From Podarcis muralis (Eukaryota): DNA of 64,000 nt. The notes under the pieces were generated by a model that saw only the letters and a list, made by a program, of their open reading frames with translations, was not told where the DNA came from and ran no database searches. Within the stretch, counting starts at the first letter, position 1, and every line of letters begins with the position of its first letter. The stretch spans positions 23,250,001-23,314,000 of the forward strand of contig NC_135668.1 of NCBI RefSeq assembly GCF_964188315.1, in the 5' to 3' direction. The position numbers and the translations under genes were made by a program. Shown here in pieces: positions 1 to 10,014 of the stretch.

Positions 1-1300
1 CAGGGGTCAGCAAACGTTTTCAGCAGGGGGCCGGTCCACTGTCCCTCAGACCTTGTGCTGGACTATATTTTTTTTTGGGGGGGGGGGAGATAGAGAACGA
101 ATTCCTATGCCCCTCAAATAACCCAGAGAAGCATTTTAAATAAAAGGACGCATTCTACTCATGTAAAAACACCATTCAGGCCCCACAAATAACCCAGAGA
201 TGCATTTTAAATAAAAGGACACATTCTAATAATGTAAAAACACAGAGATTCCCGGACTGTCCAAGGGCCGGATTTAGAAAGTGATTGGGCGGATTCATAA
301 TAAAGTTTCATACCACAGGTATGAAATTTACGGCATGTAATGCCTTAAGAGAAAATTTAATGAAAATGATTTATAGGTGCTACATGACACCAGTTAAGCT
401 TCAAAAAATCTATCATTTGCCCGATAACAAATGTTGGAAATGTAATGAGACTGAAGGTACATTCTTTCACCTTTGGTGGACATGCCCAAGGATTAAGGCA
501 TTCTGGGAGATGATTTATAATGAAATGAAGAAGGTATTTAAATATACCTTCCTGAAGAAACCAGAGGCCTTTCTCCTGGGCATGGTCGGCCAATTGGTGT
601 TAAAGAAGGATAGAACTTTATGTATGCAACAACAGCAGCAAGAATACTCATCGCGAAATATTGGAAGACACAAGATTTACCCACCAGGGAAGAATGGCAG
701 ATGAAGTTGATGGACTACATGGAATTGGCGGAAATGACTGGCAGAACCCGAGACCAGGGAGAAGAGTCGGTGGAAGAAGACTGGAAAAAGTTTAAAGACT
801 ATTTACAGAAATACTGTAAAATTAATGAATGTTAGAAAAATGTTGGAATGAAGTTATACGGCTTTAGTAGAAATGTTATAAGGAATTAAGTTTAAATAGA
901 TTATTAGAGCATTAAAGGGAAAAATAAGGTTAGAATGTGTTAAGACAATTATAGGATAGAAAATAGAGGAAGATGGAAAGGAATTGCTGAAACAATCAAT
1001 AGAAGTGGAATACAAAAAGGGAGGTGTGAGGAGGTCGTGGAAATTAGTGAAAGGAGGATAAAATATTGAAATTGGACTGTGTTTTAAATGGTTTTTGTTT
1101 TGTTATGTTAGTTGTAGGTTAGTGTTTTGTAGTTTTTTTCTTTTTTGTTATTATTATTATTGTATGTTTTTTTTTCTTTTTTTGGTTTTTTGTAGTGTTG
1201 TGTTTAATTTGTTGGAAAATTAATGAATATTATTATTTTTAAAAAAATAGAAAGTGATTGGGCCGGATCCGACCCCCGGGCCTTAGTTTGCCTACCCATG
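1..1300 (+). mobile_element. Non-autonomous hAT-type MITE interrupted by an L1 insertion
   Basis: Starts caggggtcagcaaac and ends gtttgcctacccatg (imperfect 15-bp TIRs). Same family as copies at 43129 and 62270, which carry 8-bp TSDs. Contains two internal ~70-bp repeat units. Confidence 0.88.
291..1247 (+). mobile_element. 5'-truncated L1 LINE (ORF2 C-terminus, 3' UTR, short A tail)
   Basis: ORFs 285-704 and 620-835 together give the L1 ORF2 cysteine-rich C-terminus (YRCYMTPVKLQKIY..CWKCNETEGTFFHLWWTCP..AARILIAKYWK) with one frameshift near 620. A 16-bp TSD tagaaagtgattgggc lies at 275-290 and 1248-1263. Confidence 0.93.
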
Positions 1301-1305
1301 GTTTC

Positions 1306-1426
1306 CAGCCTTTCTCAACCTGTGGGTCCCCAGATGTTGTTGAACTACAACTCCCATCACCCCTAGCTAGCAAGGCCAGAGCTCAGGGATGATGGGACGT
1401 CTGGGGACCCACAGGTTGAGAACCGC
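1306..1426. mobile_element. Palindromic hAT-type MITE (ctacaactcccatc family), internally deleted
   Basis: Arms ttctcaacctgtgggtccccaga and tctggggacccacaggttgagaa are reverse complements; related to the intact copy at 29868. Confidence 0.75.
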
Positions 1427-1719
1427 AAACTCATGGCAATGGGCTTCTGAATACCAGGTGCTGGAGGCTGCAGGAGTGGGGAGTGCTGCTGCACTCAGGT
1501 CTTGCTTGTGGGCCACTGTGAGAACAGGATGCTGTACTAGGTGGGACACTGGCCTGATCCAAGAGACTTATTTACGTTGCCATCATCACTGTTGCATTTT
1601 TCTATATAAAAAATGAAATGTACCCAGTTTACTCTGTACTAGGGCTTATTTCAGGATGCTAAGGCTGATTACATCATGCAGTTGGTTAAATAAATACTAA
1701 ATAAACCTGGGGAAATGGT

Positions 1720-1885
1720 GCAAATCCCCACTTGGCCACCCAGTTCAGTGGGGTGACTTTGGGCCAGCCACAAATTCTCAGTCTAATCTACCTCATAGAG
1801 GGGTTGTTGAGGATCATATGGAGGGGAGGGGGCCAATTTGAGCTCTTTGGAGGAATGTGATTATAGAATGAATTAATGAATGAAA
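1720..1885 (+). mobile_element. Degenerate MIR-like CORE SINE
   Basis: Core-like gggtgactttgggccagcc..ctcagtctaatctacctcatagaggggttgttgaggat followed by a gaatgaat tail; boundaries approximate. Confidence 0.55.
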
Positions 1886-2699
1886 GTAAGTTTGCTACTC
1901 CTGCTTTGCATAAGGAAGGACCGTCAGTTCAGTGGGTAGAGCATATGCTATCCATGTAGAATGCTTCAAGTGTCAGTCCCTGGCATTTTACCCAGCTCTG
2001 CAACATTTGAAAGAGCCTTCAGCAATTATAATAATAATTTATATTAATAAAAAATTTATTATTTATATCCCGCCCATCTGCCTGGGTTTCCCCAGCCACT
2101 CTGGGCGGCTCCCAGCAGAATATTAAAAACACGATAAAACATCAAACATTTAAAAACTTCAGATTTTGATGCTTGTTATGTACGTTTCTCTGCCAATCGG
2201 TCTTCTGCTTGGGTTTTATGACTTTCATGCTCACATTTAAACATCTGAGTTGCATGGCTTTTAACGCCCGTTTGGCTATTTGTTTATTTTAGCTTGGGGT
2301 TTCATTGGCTTCACAGAGGGAATACCATTCCAAGGTTCATAAATCAGATACTCCCAGAGGAGAAAGGGGAGATGTGCTGTTGTGCCTTCAGCCTTCTTCA
2401 GCGCTGCTGGAGGGTTTTCAGAGAGCTTCCTTCTTGTCTTGTAATGACTGGAGGCCAGGCCAGTCCAACATAGACCTGCAGGATCCTTTCAGCCTCACTA
2501 AAAGAATTCCAAATACTGTTGTTTGTGGCCCTTTCCATCACTCTGTGGGAACATCTAAGGTCTGCCCAAGTCTCCCCAAAACACGGTTGAGTAAAAGACA
2601 GTGCTGATCTTTATCCCATTTAATGGAGGATCTGGGATCACTTTCCCCCAACCTCATTGTAGTTGTGAATTCTTGGGGTCACTCTTCTGGCTGTCAGCC

Positions 2700-2914
2700 A
2701 GCCCAGAGTGGTTTAACAGTCAACCTCTCTTCCCAGGAAACTCTGTACTAGGGCTTAGTTCAGGATGAAAATTGTAATTCTGGGAGGGGAACAGGGGTCT
2801 TAACAACTCTCAGCCACCCTCAACAAACTACAGCTCCCAGGACTTTTTGGGGAGAAGACATGACTGTTTAAAATGATATCATAGTCCTTTAAATGTATGG
2901 TGTGAATGTGGGCC
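2700..2914. mobile_element. Degenerate MITE ending gtgtgaatgtgggcc
   Basis: Its right end is the reverse complement of the left end of the copy at 4032 (ggccacattca..catacatttaaag); shared internal motifs actacagctcccagg and catgactgtttaaa. Superfamily not determined. Confidence 0.55.
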
Positions 2915-3756
2915 ATTCTTCCTCTTTTAGTTCCACACATTTCTTTTTGAAGGCTTGCTCATTGCCAGGCACAGATTTCTTTTCTTTTTCTTCTTCTTTG
3001 TTGTGTCCAGCTCCAGCCGTACTTCATAGCAGTTACTCTGGGTTATGAGACCAGAATAACTCCCTCTCTCCCTCTCGCTCTCTCTTTCAAATAAAGGGAA
3101 AGAAATACAGTGTAGGGCTTTAACCATGGAGAATAGGTTGGTGGGAGAGAGAGGCGGTGGGAAAGAAGAGTGCTTGAAGGGACGTTCTGAAAAATTCCAC
3201 AGAACTCTCCTCACACTTGCATCATCTGGTGAGGAACAAGCGGGCATTGGATGCAAAGGCACTCCGAATGCCAGCCGTCATGGCTGCCAACTCCCAGCAT
3301 GCAGCTGTTCCTCTCCTCTTCCAGTTTGCCTCAGGTTAGTTGCCAACCCGCAAACCTTCTCCCACCTCAATAATGAAAATCTTTTGACAGCCAGCATCAA
3401 CGGACAGCTCTTGAGTTTTCCCTCATACTGGGTCCCGTGAAACACTTTGTAGCTTATGAGCCAGGAGTTGGCGGTGGGGGTGATGTGAGCGGCAGAGAGG
3501 GGTGGCAGTGTTGGAGTGAGGTTGGACGTGCAGCACTTTCAACAGAACACGTGAAGCTTCAGCCCTCCACTTGCAGAGTCCATATTCTGCTAAAACAAGA
3601 TAGCGAGCCATTTTGGTGACTGCCAAGGGAGATGAGAGGCAGCGCTGCCAGGTTATCAGTTTGGAATCCTGGTTCCGCAGGCTTAAAAAGAAAAAGAAAA
3701 ACCTAACTTTTTGTTCAGAATTATTGTATGGAGGAGGGGGAGAAACTCCAGCTGTA

Positions 3757-3982
3757 CAGTGGTACCTCGGGTTACATACGCTTCAGGTTACAGACTCCGC
3801 TAACCCAGAAATAGTGCTTCAGGTTAAGAACTTTGCTACAGGATGAGAACAGAAATCGTGCTCCAGCAGCGCGGCGGCAGCAGGAGGCTCCATTAGCTAA
3901 AGTGGTGCTCCAGGTTAAGAACAGATTCAGGTTAAGAACGGACCTCCGGAACGAATTAAGTACTTAACCTGAGATACCACTG
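3757..3982 (+). mobile_element. Tc1/mariner (Tigger/pogo-like) MITE
   Basis: Termini cagtggtacctc and gagataccactg, TA on both sides (3755-3756, 3983-3984), internal caggttaagaac repeats; five copies in the window. Confidence 0.9.
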
Positions 3983-4031
3983 TATTTGCTTCTTGAACCC
4001 CTCAAATTTAGCAATAACTGCAGGAAACATA

Positions 4032-4310
4032 GGCCACATTCAAAACATACATTTAAAGCTATACTATGATACCACTTTAAACAGTCATGGCTTCTCCCCC
4101 CCCCCCCAAAAAAAAATATGTTTCTGGAACTGTAGTTTAATGGCAATGATATCTCGAATTCCCTGGGGAATCGGATTGACCATTAAACCCCACAGAGAAT
4201 TGTCGCTCTGTGAGGGAAACGGGGGCCTCCTACCAGCTCTCCGCGCCTTTTACAAAATATGCCTTTCAGAATTAAGCCATGGCTGTTTAAAGTGGCATCA
4301 TAGCAGCTCT
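4032..4310. mobile_element. Degenerate MITE starting ggccacattca
   Basis: Same family as 2700-2914; subterminal inverted motif tttaaacagtcatggctt / aagccatggctgtttaaa. Confidence 0.55.
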
Positions 4311-4737
4311 TTAAGACTTGCCTGAGCATCAGTACCTCAAATTAGAGGAGGATTGGGGGGACGGCAGCCCCCCTCCCCTCATGACTATTGGAAGGCTGCA
4401 TGGGGCGAGGGCAATATTTGGCCCGCAAACCTCTGTTGAAAACCCACCCCTGGCCCGTATCTCATCCCCCGTGTCTGTTGGTGGGCCCTGTGCCTGGCAG
4501 AAGAGGGCAGTCTGGTCTCCAGCTGTGTATGGCTTTTGTTTAATTTGGCTGCCTATTCAGATCCACCCTTGTTCAGTGTTTGACTTGCAGAGGGGATGGG
4601 GCAACCTGGCTGCCCCCTACCCAGGCAACTGTTCATAGGGGAAGGTTATGGGGGATGTCTGTGACCTGGGTTAAATTAGGAGGAGTCAGGCATGGGGCTT
4701 AAGGAGTTTCATTAAGGGCAGACCTACTTTTCTTGTA

Positions 4738-4980
4738 CAGTGGTACCTCAGGTTACATATGCTTCAGGTTACATACGCTTCAGGTTACAGACTCCGCTAA
4801 CCCAGAAATATTGCTTCAGGTTAAGAAGTTTGCTTCAGGATGAGAACAGAAATCGTGCTCCGGCGGCAGGGCAGCAGCAGGAGGCCCCCTTAGCTAAAGT
4901 GGTGCTTCAGGTTAAGAACAGTTTCAGGTTAAGAACGGACCCTCCGGAACGAATTAAGTACTTAACCCGAGGTACCACTG
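4738..4980 (+). mobile_element. Tigger/pogo-like MITE
   Basis: cagtggtacctcaggtta ... taacccgaggtaccactg, flanked by TA on both sides. Confidence 0.92.
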
Positions 4981-5031
4981 TAATTCAATCACGGCAGGTC
5001 ACAATTGGAATGACTCCTGAATTCTCATAGG

Positions 5032-5066
<35 letters not shown>
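5032..5066 (+). repeat. (GATA)n microsatellite
   Basis: Directly visible tandem repeat. Confidence 0.95.
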
Positions 5067-5719
5067 GAGTGCAAAGGGAATTGTGTATTGTACAGAAATC
5101 CTTATTTCGTGTGGCTGCAGAAGAATTACGTCTTGCAAATCTGATAAGGCAAAAGTGTGTGCTGTCACTGCCAGGTGACTAGGCCCAACACTCACTTGAA
5201 CAGTTTCTGGCAAATCCTATAATGTTTAGCAGATCTTAGCAAGCTGCTTTTCCTCAATAGCGCTTATCCTCTGCTTCTTAAAACTGGCAAAATTTATTGC
5301 TGGGTAAGAACTGAAAAGCATAAATACCCATCTCCTGAAGTGTAAAAGCTTTGTTCAGCCTCATTCAACTTCTGAGACCTGTATACATTTACTTAGATTC
5401 CTGGGTAAATAATTAGGATTTTTGCCAGTCCATCGTACTAGCTGTGAAAACCAGGGATGGTAAAAGGAAAAGTATTGGGGGGGGGGGGCGAGACTGAACA
5501 ATTAGGATGGAACAAACACTTCCTCCTGGGTCAGGCCTGCACAACTTGTCACCTACAACATACACAGCCCACAAACCATGTAATGAGGGCCAGTAGTCTC
5601 ATTGTTTCGACTTATTCAGGATGCTTCCAGATTTGAGTTTATTGTGGAATCAGTGTTTTTCATGCATGCAAGTTTTTGTCTTTCTTTTGCAATGTCCATG
5701 CATTTCTCTCTATTTAATC

Positions 5720-5865
5720 CCAGTTGAGAAACACCTTTCTGTGCCCACTCTTTTCTTGCCATGAATTATTTTATAAACTTCTATAATGTACCATCTCACT
5801 TGTCTTGTCTCTAAATTAAAAAGTCCCAGACACTGCAACCTTTCCTCATTGGCACACAGTGCTTG
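5720..5865 (-). mobile_element. CR1 LINE ORF2 fragment
   Basis: Minus frame EERLQCLGLFNLETRQVRWYIIEVYKIIHG resembles the CR1 ORF2 C-terminal motif (YEERLxxLGLFSLEKRRLRGDxIEVYK). Confidence 0.75.
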
Positions 5866-6114
5866 GTAGTCTGAGCTACTAAGAGATTTATTCTGGGTAA
5901 CTGGAGACGGCATCTCTCTCTCTCCCTTGAACCTGGACAAACCAGGTCTGATTTGAGTGGAGGTGGTCTTGCTGGTGTTATAATGGAATTAAATTGCTAA
6001 CCCTTTGCCAATAGAAGCCCTCCAACTTTGTGGAAATTTGCTGCTACCTACCCTAAACCTCTGTGAATACGGTGGGCTGTATATCTGGCTTAATAATCTA
6101 TATCCTGTTTTTTG

Positions 6115-6115
<1 letters not shown>

Positions 6116-6159
<44 letters not shown>

Positions 6160-6166
6160 AGAGAGA
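6116..6166 (+). repeat. (CA)n(GA)n compound microsatellite
   Basis: Directly visible. Confidence 0.95.
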
Positions 6167-6687
6167 AGGATGAGGATTTGCCCAGGCAAGCCTAGTGGGA
6201 TTAAGCCACTGGTGTGTAAATTGTTGTTATTCATTACCATCTAAAAAAAAAAAGTGAATATATGGTAGATCTTTATCACAATAGGGTATTTCCACAACAT
6301 GCATTTTTTCTCTTTGCTTCTGTGTGTTTCTCTTTTTTAGCAGGAGGGTGTGTGGTGGGGTTCAATTTCTTGTCTGTTGCTTCAGTTCAGAAGTGGGGGG
6401 AGAAAACTATATTGAGTGATGATAGTTGGTGCCTCAGGCAGAAAAGCAATATAGCAGAACGGTTGCCAGACAGTTTGACAGAGGATGGACTGGATGTGAA
6501 CAAATGCAGGCACTGACGAGACAGAATGGAAGTATGAATGAGCAGAAGGGTATTGGTTTCAGGTGTGCCTTGAGGGGCCCACAGTGGCAGCAGAGGCTTG
6601 TATTGTATTATTTAAAAGATCCTTGCTGAAGGGAAATGGGCAGCCTGTTTTGAGGCAATGAATAGTTACTAGTCTGGTTGGGAAGGC

Positions 6688-7212
6688 AGAATCATAGAAT
6701 TGTGGAGTTGGAAAGTCATCTAGTCCAATTCCCTACAATGCAGGAATCTCAACTAGATCATACACGTAAAATGGTCACCCAACCTCTGTTTAAAAATTTC
6801 CAAGCAAGGAGAGTCCATGGAAGTCTGTTTCACTGTCAAACAGCTCTTTCTGTCAGAAAGTTATTCCTGATGTTTAGTTGGAATCTCCTTTCTTGTCCCT
6901 TGAATGCTTTGGTTCAGGTCCCAGCCTCTGGAGCAGGAAAAACAAGCTTGCTCCATCCTCCGTGTGACAGCACTTTAGATGTTTGAAGATGGCTATCACA
7001 TCTCCTCTCAGTCTCCTCTTTACCAGTCTAAGTATACGCAGTTCCCTCAACTGTTCCTCATAAGGCTTGGTTTCCAGACCCTTGATCATCTTGGTCGCCC
7101 TTCTCTGCACATGGTCCAGCTTGTCAATATCCTTCTTAAATTTTGGTGCCTAGAACAGGACACACTACTCCATGTGTGGTCTGACAAAGACAGAATAGAG
7201 CAGGACTATTCC
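6688..7212 (-). mobile_element. CR1 LINE 3' fragment
   Basis: Minus ORF QRRATKMIKGLETKPYEEQLRELRILRLVKRRLRGDVIAIFKHLK is the CR1 ORF2 C-terminus; the agaatcatagaat end is the reverse complement of the CR1 (ATTCTRTG)n tail. Confidence 0.88.
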
Positions 7213-7665
7213 CTATAGCTAAACTACACTGGGGAATATAAAAGAGAACGTACCACTGAATATGGATTCAGCAGAACAGTTGTGGGAGCCAGTGGAGATA
7301 CTTCACCCAATCACTAGCTTGAGAAACCATGATGACTTGGTATATATGGTTGGAAGCCATGTCAGGTGTCACTGGTTCTCAGCCAAGTCCATGGGCTGTA
7401 GTGAACTAAGTTATGTTTAGAGCAGACACACTGAAATTAATGGGCCTAGGTAAGTCATGTCTATTATTTTCAATTGGCTACATTCTCTCTCTGCTAGTGT
7501 AAGGGCTCCAGTTCCTAGTGGACAGATGACTTTGAATGTGGTACAACAGAGGAATCCAATGTAACTATTGCAGTAGTGGAAACTTGTTGCTTCAAAGTTA
7601 AAGCATCAAAGGAGAATATTTAATAGTGCTAGAAAAGATGTTTGAACATGTTGTTTGCTTTCTAG

Positions 7666-7838
7666 AAAAGAAGAGGCAAAAAAAGGCAAAGCTTACCAAT
7701 GACTGGAGAGAGCGGAGGAATGCTATTCGGCTCACAAATGAATACACAGTGGAAACACTCGTGGTGGCGGATGCTGATATGGTCCAGTACCATGGGGCAG
7801 ATGCTGCTCAAAGATTCATTCTTACTGTGATGAACATG
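7666..7838 (+). CDS. ADAMTS17: ADAMTS17 coding exon (probable exon 4): prodomain end, furin site RERR, start of metalloprotease domain
   Basis: Acceptor tttgctttctAG at 7664-7665, donor GTaggt at 7839; 173 nt, phase 1 to phase 0. Encodes (E)[57 protein letters not shown], matching recalled ADAMTS17 ([44 protein letters not shown]) rather than ADAMTS19. Confidence 0.97.
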
Positions 7839-9659
7839 GTAGGTTCACTTGGCTTCCTTGAGATGTGTCTGCATTCAAAACTAGTCCTATGTTTTGATGC
7901 TTAGTTTTTGTATTTGAGTTTGAACTCTTTATTCATTTTTATATGAAACATCTTAGACAGGCATAGTTGCATCTTAGACAACCATAGTGCAGTAATTGTA
8001 TGTGAGCTCTCTTTTGACAGCAATGAATCAAGTAATACTGATGGAGAGAAAGGGTTCTTGCAACACAGAGTACGGTACTTCCTTAAGTTAACAACTTCAA
8101 CATTTAGGATGTCGACTCTAACCAATTCATTTTTGTGCTTTTTATATGACAATTAGTACTCCTCCAAATGCTGTGTACAAAAATGTGTGTGTTAGGGGAA
8201 AGTGTGCCTAAGAATGCATATACTAGTGAAAATTGATTCTTGTTAAGAGCACCAAAGAAGAGAAATTCATTAGGCTGCATCCAGTGCTAGTTCTACTCAG
8301 AACAGACTTGCTGAAGTTATTGGAGATTAATAACTTCATTTGTTAACTAGGATCATATTTTTAAAAGTCAAAATGCTCTCCTTCCCCAGGAAACTGAGGG
8401 TGCCAAGAGTATGGGATAAGTTTATCTGCAATCCCTGATGTGTCCCCCTTTGCACCCCTTTATTTTTGCCCACATAAATGAATGGCTCCTCCTCCTATGC
8501 TAGGTAGGATCTGCTTAGTACCTCTGACAGTGCAAAAAAATAACAATTGCCTCCCTTGCCTCTACTAACTACCCACCCTAATGCTAGTGTTAAATTACAA
8601 AGGTAGAACCTAGTTTTGCATTACAAATGGTCAATGAGGGCAATGATGAACTTCCATCAAGGCTTGAGGGTGCAAGGAGTCATTGGTGTCTTCCTATGAA
8701 TGTTGATAAATGTTCAGGTTTTGGCCTTGCAGAGCTTAGTTTCTTCTCTACTCCAACATGGCAGGATGAACAGCTGCTTCTAAAAGAAACCAGAATGTTA
8801 ATTTTGGCATGTATGCCAGGATTTAAGCAAATAGAGCATTGCTGTCGGGGAGGGGGGGGGATTTATTAATTTGGCTCCTTGCTGTAAGGCATTACATTTA
8901 CAGTCAAACCACAAAGTAAGACTTAAAATGGCATATTAGCACACACATTATATTTATAGTTTTTTTATATATATAAAAAAGCTAGGATCTGCTTAAAGCA
9001 ATTTAATATCTGTTTGTTGGGAAGGAAAGCCAGCATTACAAAATATGGTTTTATTTTTGCAGCTGCTGAATGAGGATATGAATTTAGGGGTGGAAATAGA
9101 TGCAACTCAAAGGAAAACAAAAATAAAAATTATTTCAAAAGACACAGATCAGATGATGGGCTCCTAAAGCCAAATCTCTGCTTTAAATGTCTTTTAAAAG
9201 CTTTGAACAGTGCCTTAAGACAACATTGACTTATGAATATATTGTTTAAAAAAATTAAATGTCCCAGGGAAACCATTATGGAGAACTCTAGGTGCTTGGT
9301 CTAGACCTGAGGGTCAGGTTTTGGTGGTGATGAGTGCTTTCTGTGAAAGAACTAGGAGTTCAAAGGCATATGGTCTGGCAGAATTATGTAGTACATTCCA
9401 CCTGGGACCACAGGTGGAGAATCTCATAACTCTGAAAATTCCTTGCTGTAGAGAGCAAGTTCTAACATCTGTCTCCCTGATTTGCTAGTTGTCTGTGTGC
9501 AGGAAGTGTTTTGTTTGGCTTTTTGCTATAGTCCAGATATTTGGGTATATTACCACTACCAACCCTCAGCATTGACTACGCTGACTGGGGTTGATTGGAT
9601 TTGTAATCCCAAACCCTAGAAGGCACCAGGGTGGAGAAGGCTGGCTTGAGACATTTGAA

Positions 9660-10014
9660 CAGGGCCGTCTTTAGCATATTCACTGCCAGGGTACAAAGAT
9701 CCGCCCAGCGCCCCCAAATTTAGTTTAGTCGCCCCCAAATTAACTTTTATTGAGCTTTTTTGGGAGAAGAAATTGCTCACCTATAACAACAATGCAACGG
9801 AAAAAACGTCTTTCGTTTCCTGACACATCGGGAATATTTGATGCTACAGAGTAACAGAGCGACGGAGGAGGTGGGCAGGGACTTTTGCTCCATTGCTTTT
9901 CACTGCTGCCGATAGAGAGGGACCAGTATACAGTTAGGTATACATTTGGCGCCCCCCAGAATTCAGCGCCCGGGTGCCCAGCACCCCTTGCACCCCCAGG
10001 TAAAGACGGCCCTG
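9660..10014. mobile_element. Non-autonomous hAT transposon
   Basis: Perfect 14-bp TIRs cagggccgtcttta / taaagacggccctg and a perfect 8-bp TSD catttgaa (9652-9659, 10015-10022). Confidence 0.92.

Noticed and set aside
3757-4980. Short repeated motifs (caggttaagaac) suggestive of a CRISPR-like array
   Set aside because: They are internal repeats of a TIR/TA-flanked MITE in a vertebrate genome, with no regular unique spacers.
7626-7904. ORF-track calls around the exons (7626-7904, 15436-15732) as stand-alone genes
   Set aside because: Only the parts between the AG and GT signals match ADAMTS17; the extensions are intronic read-through.
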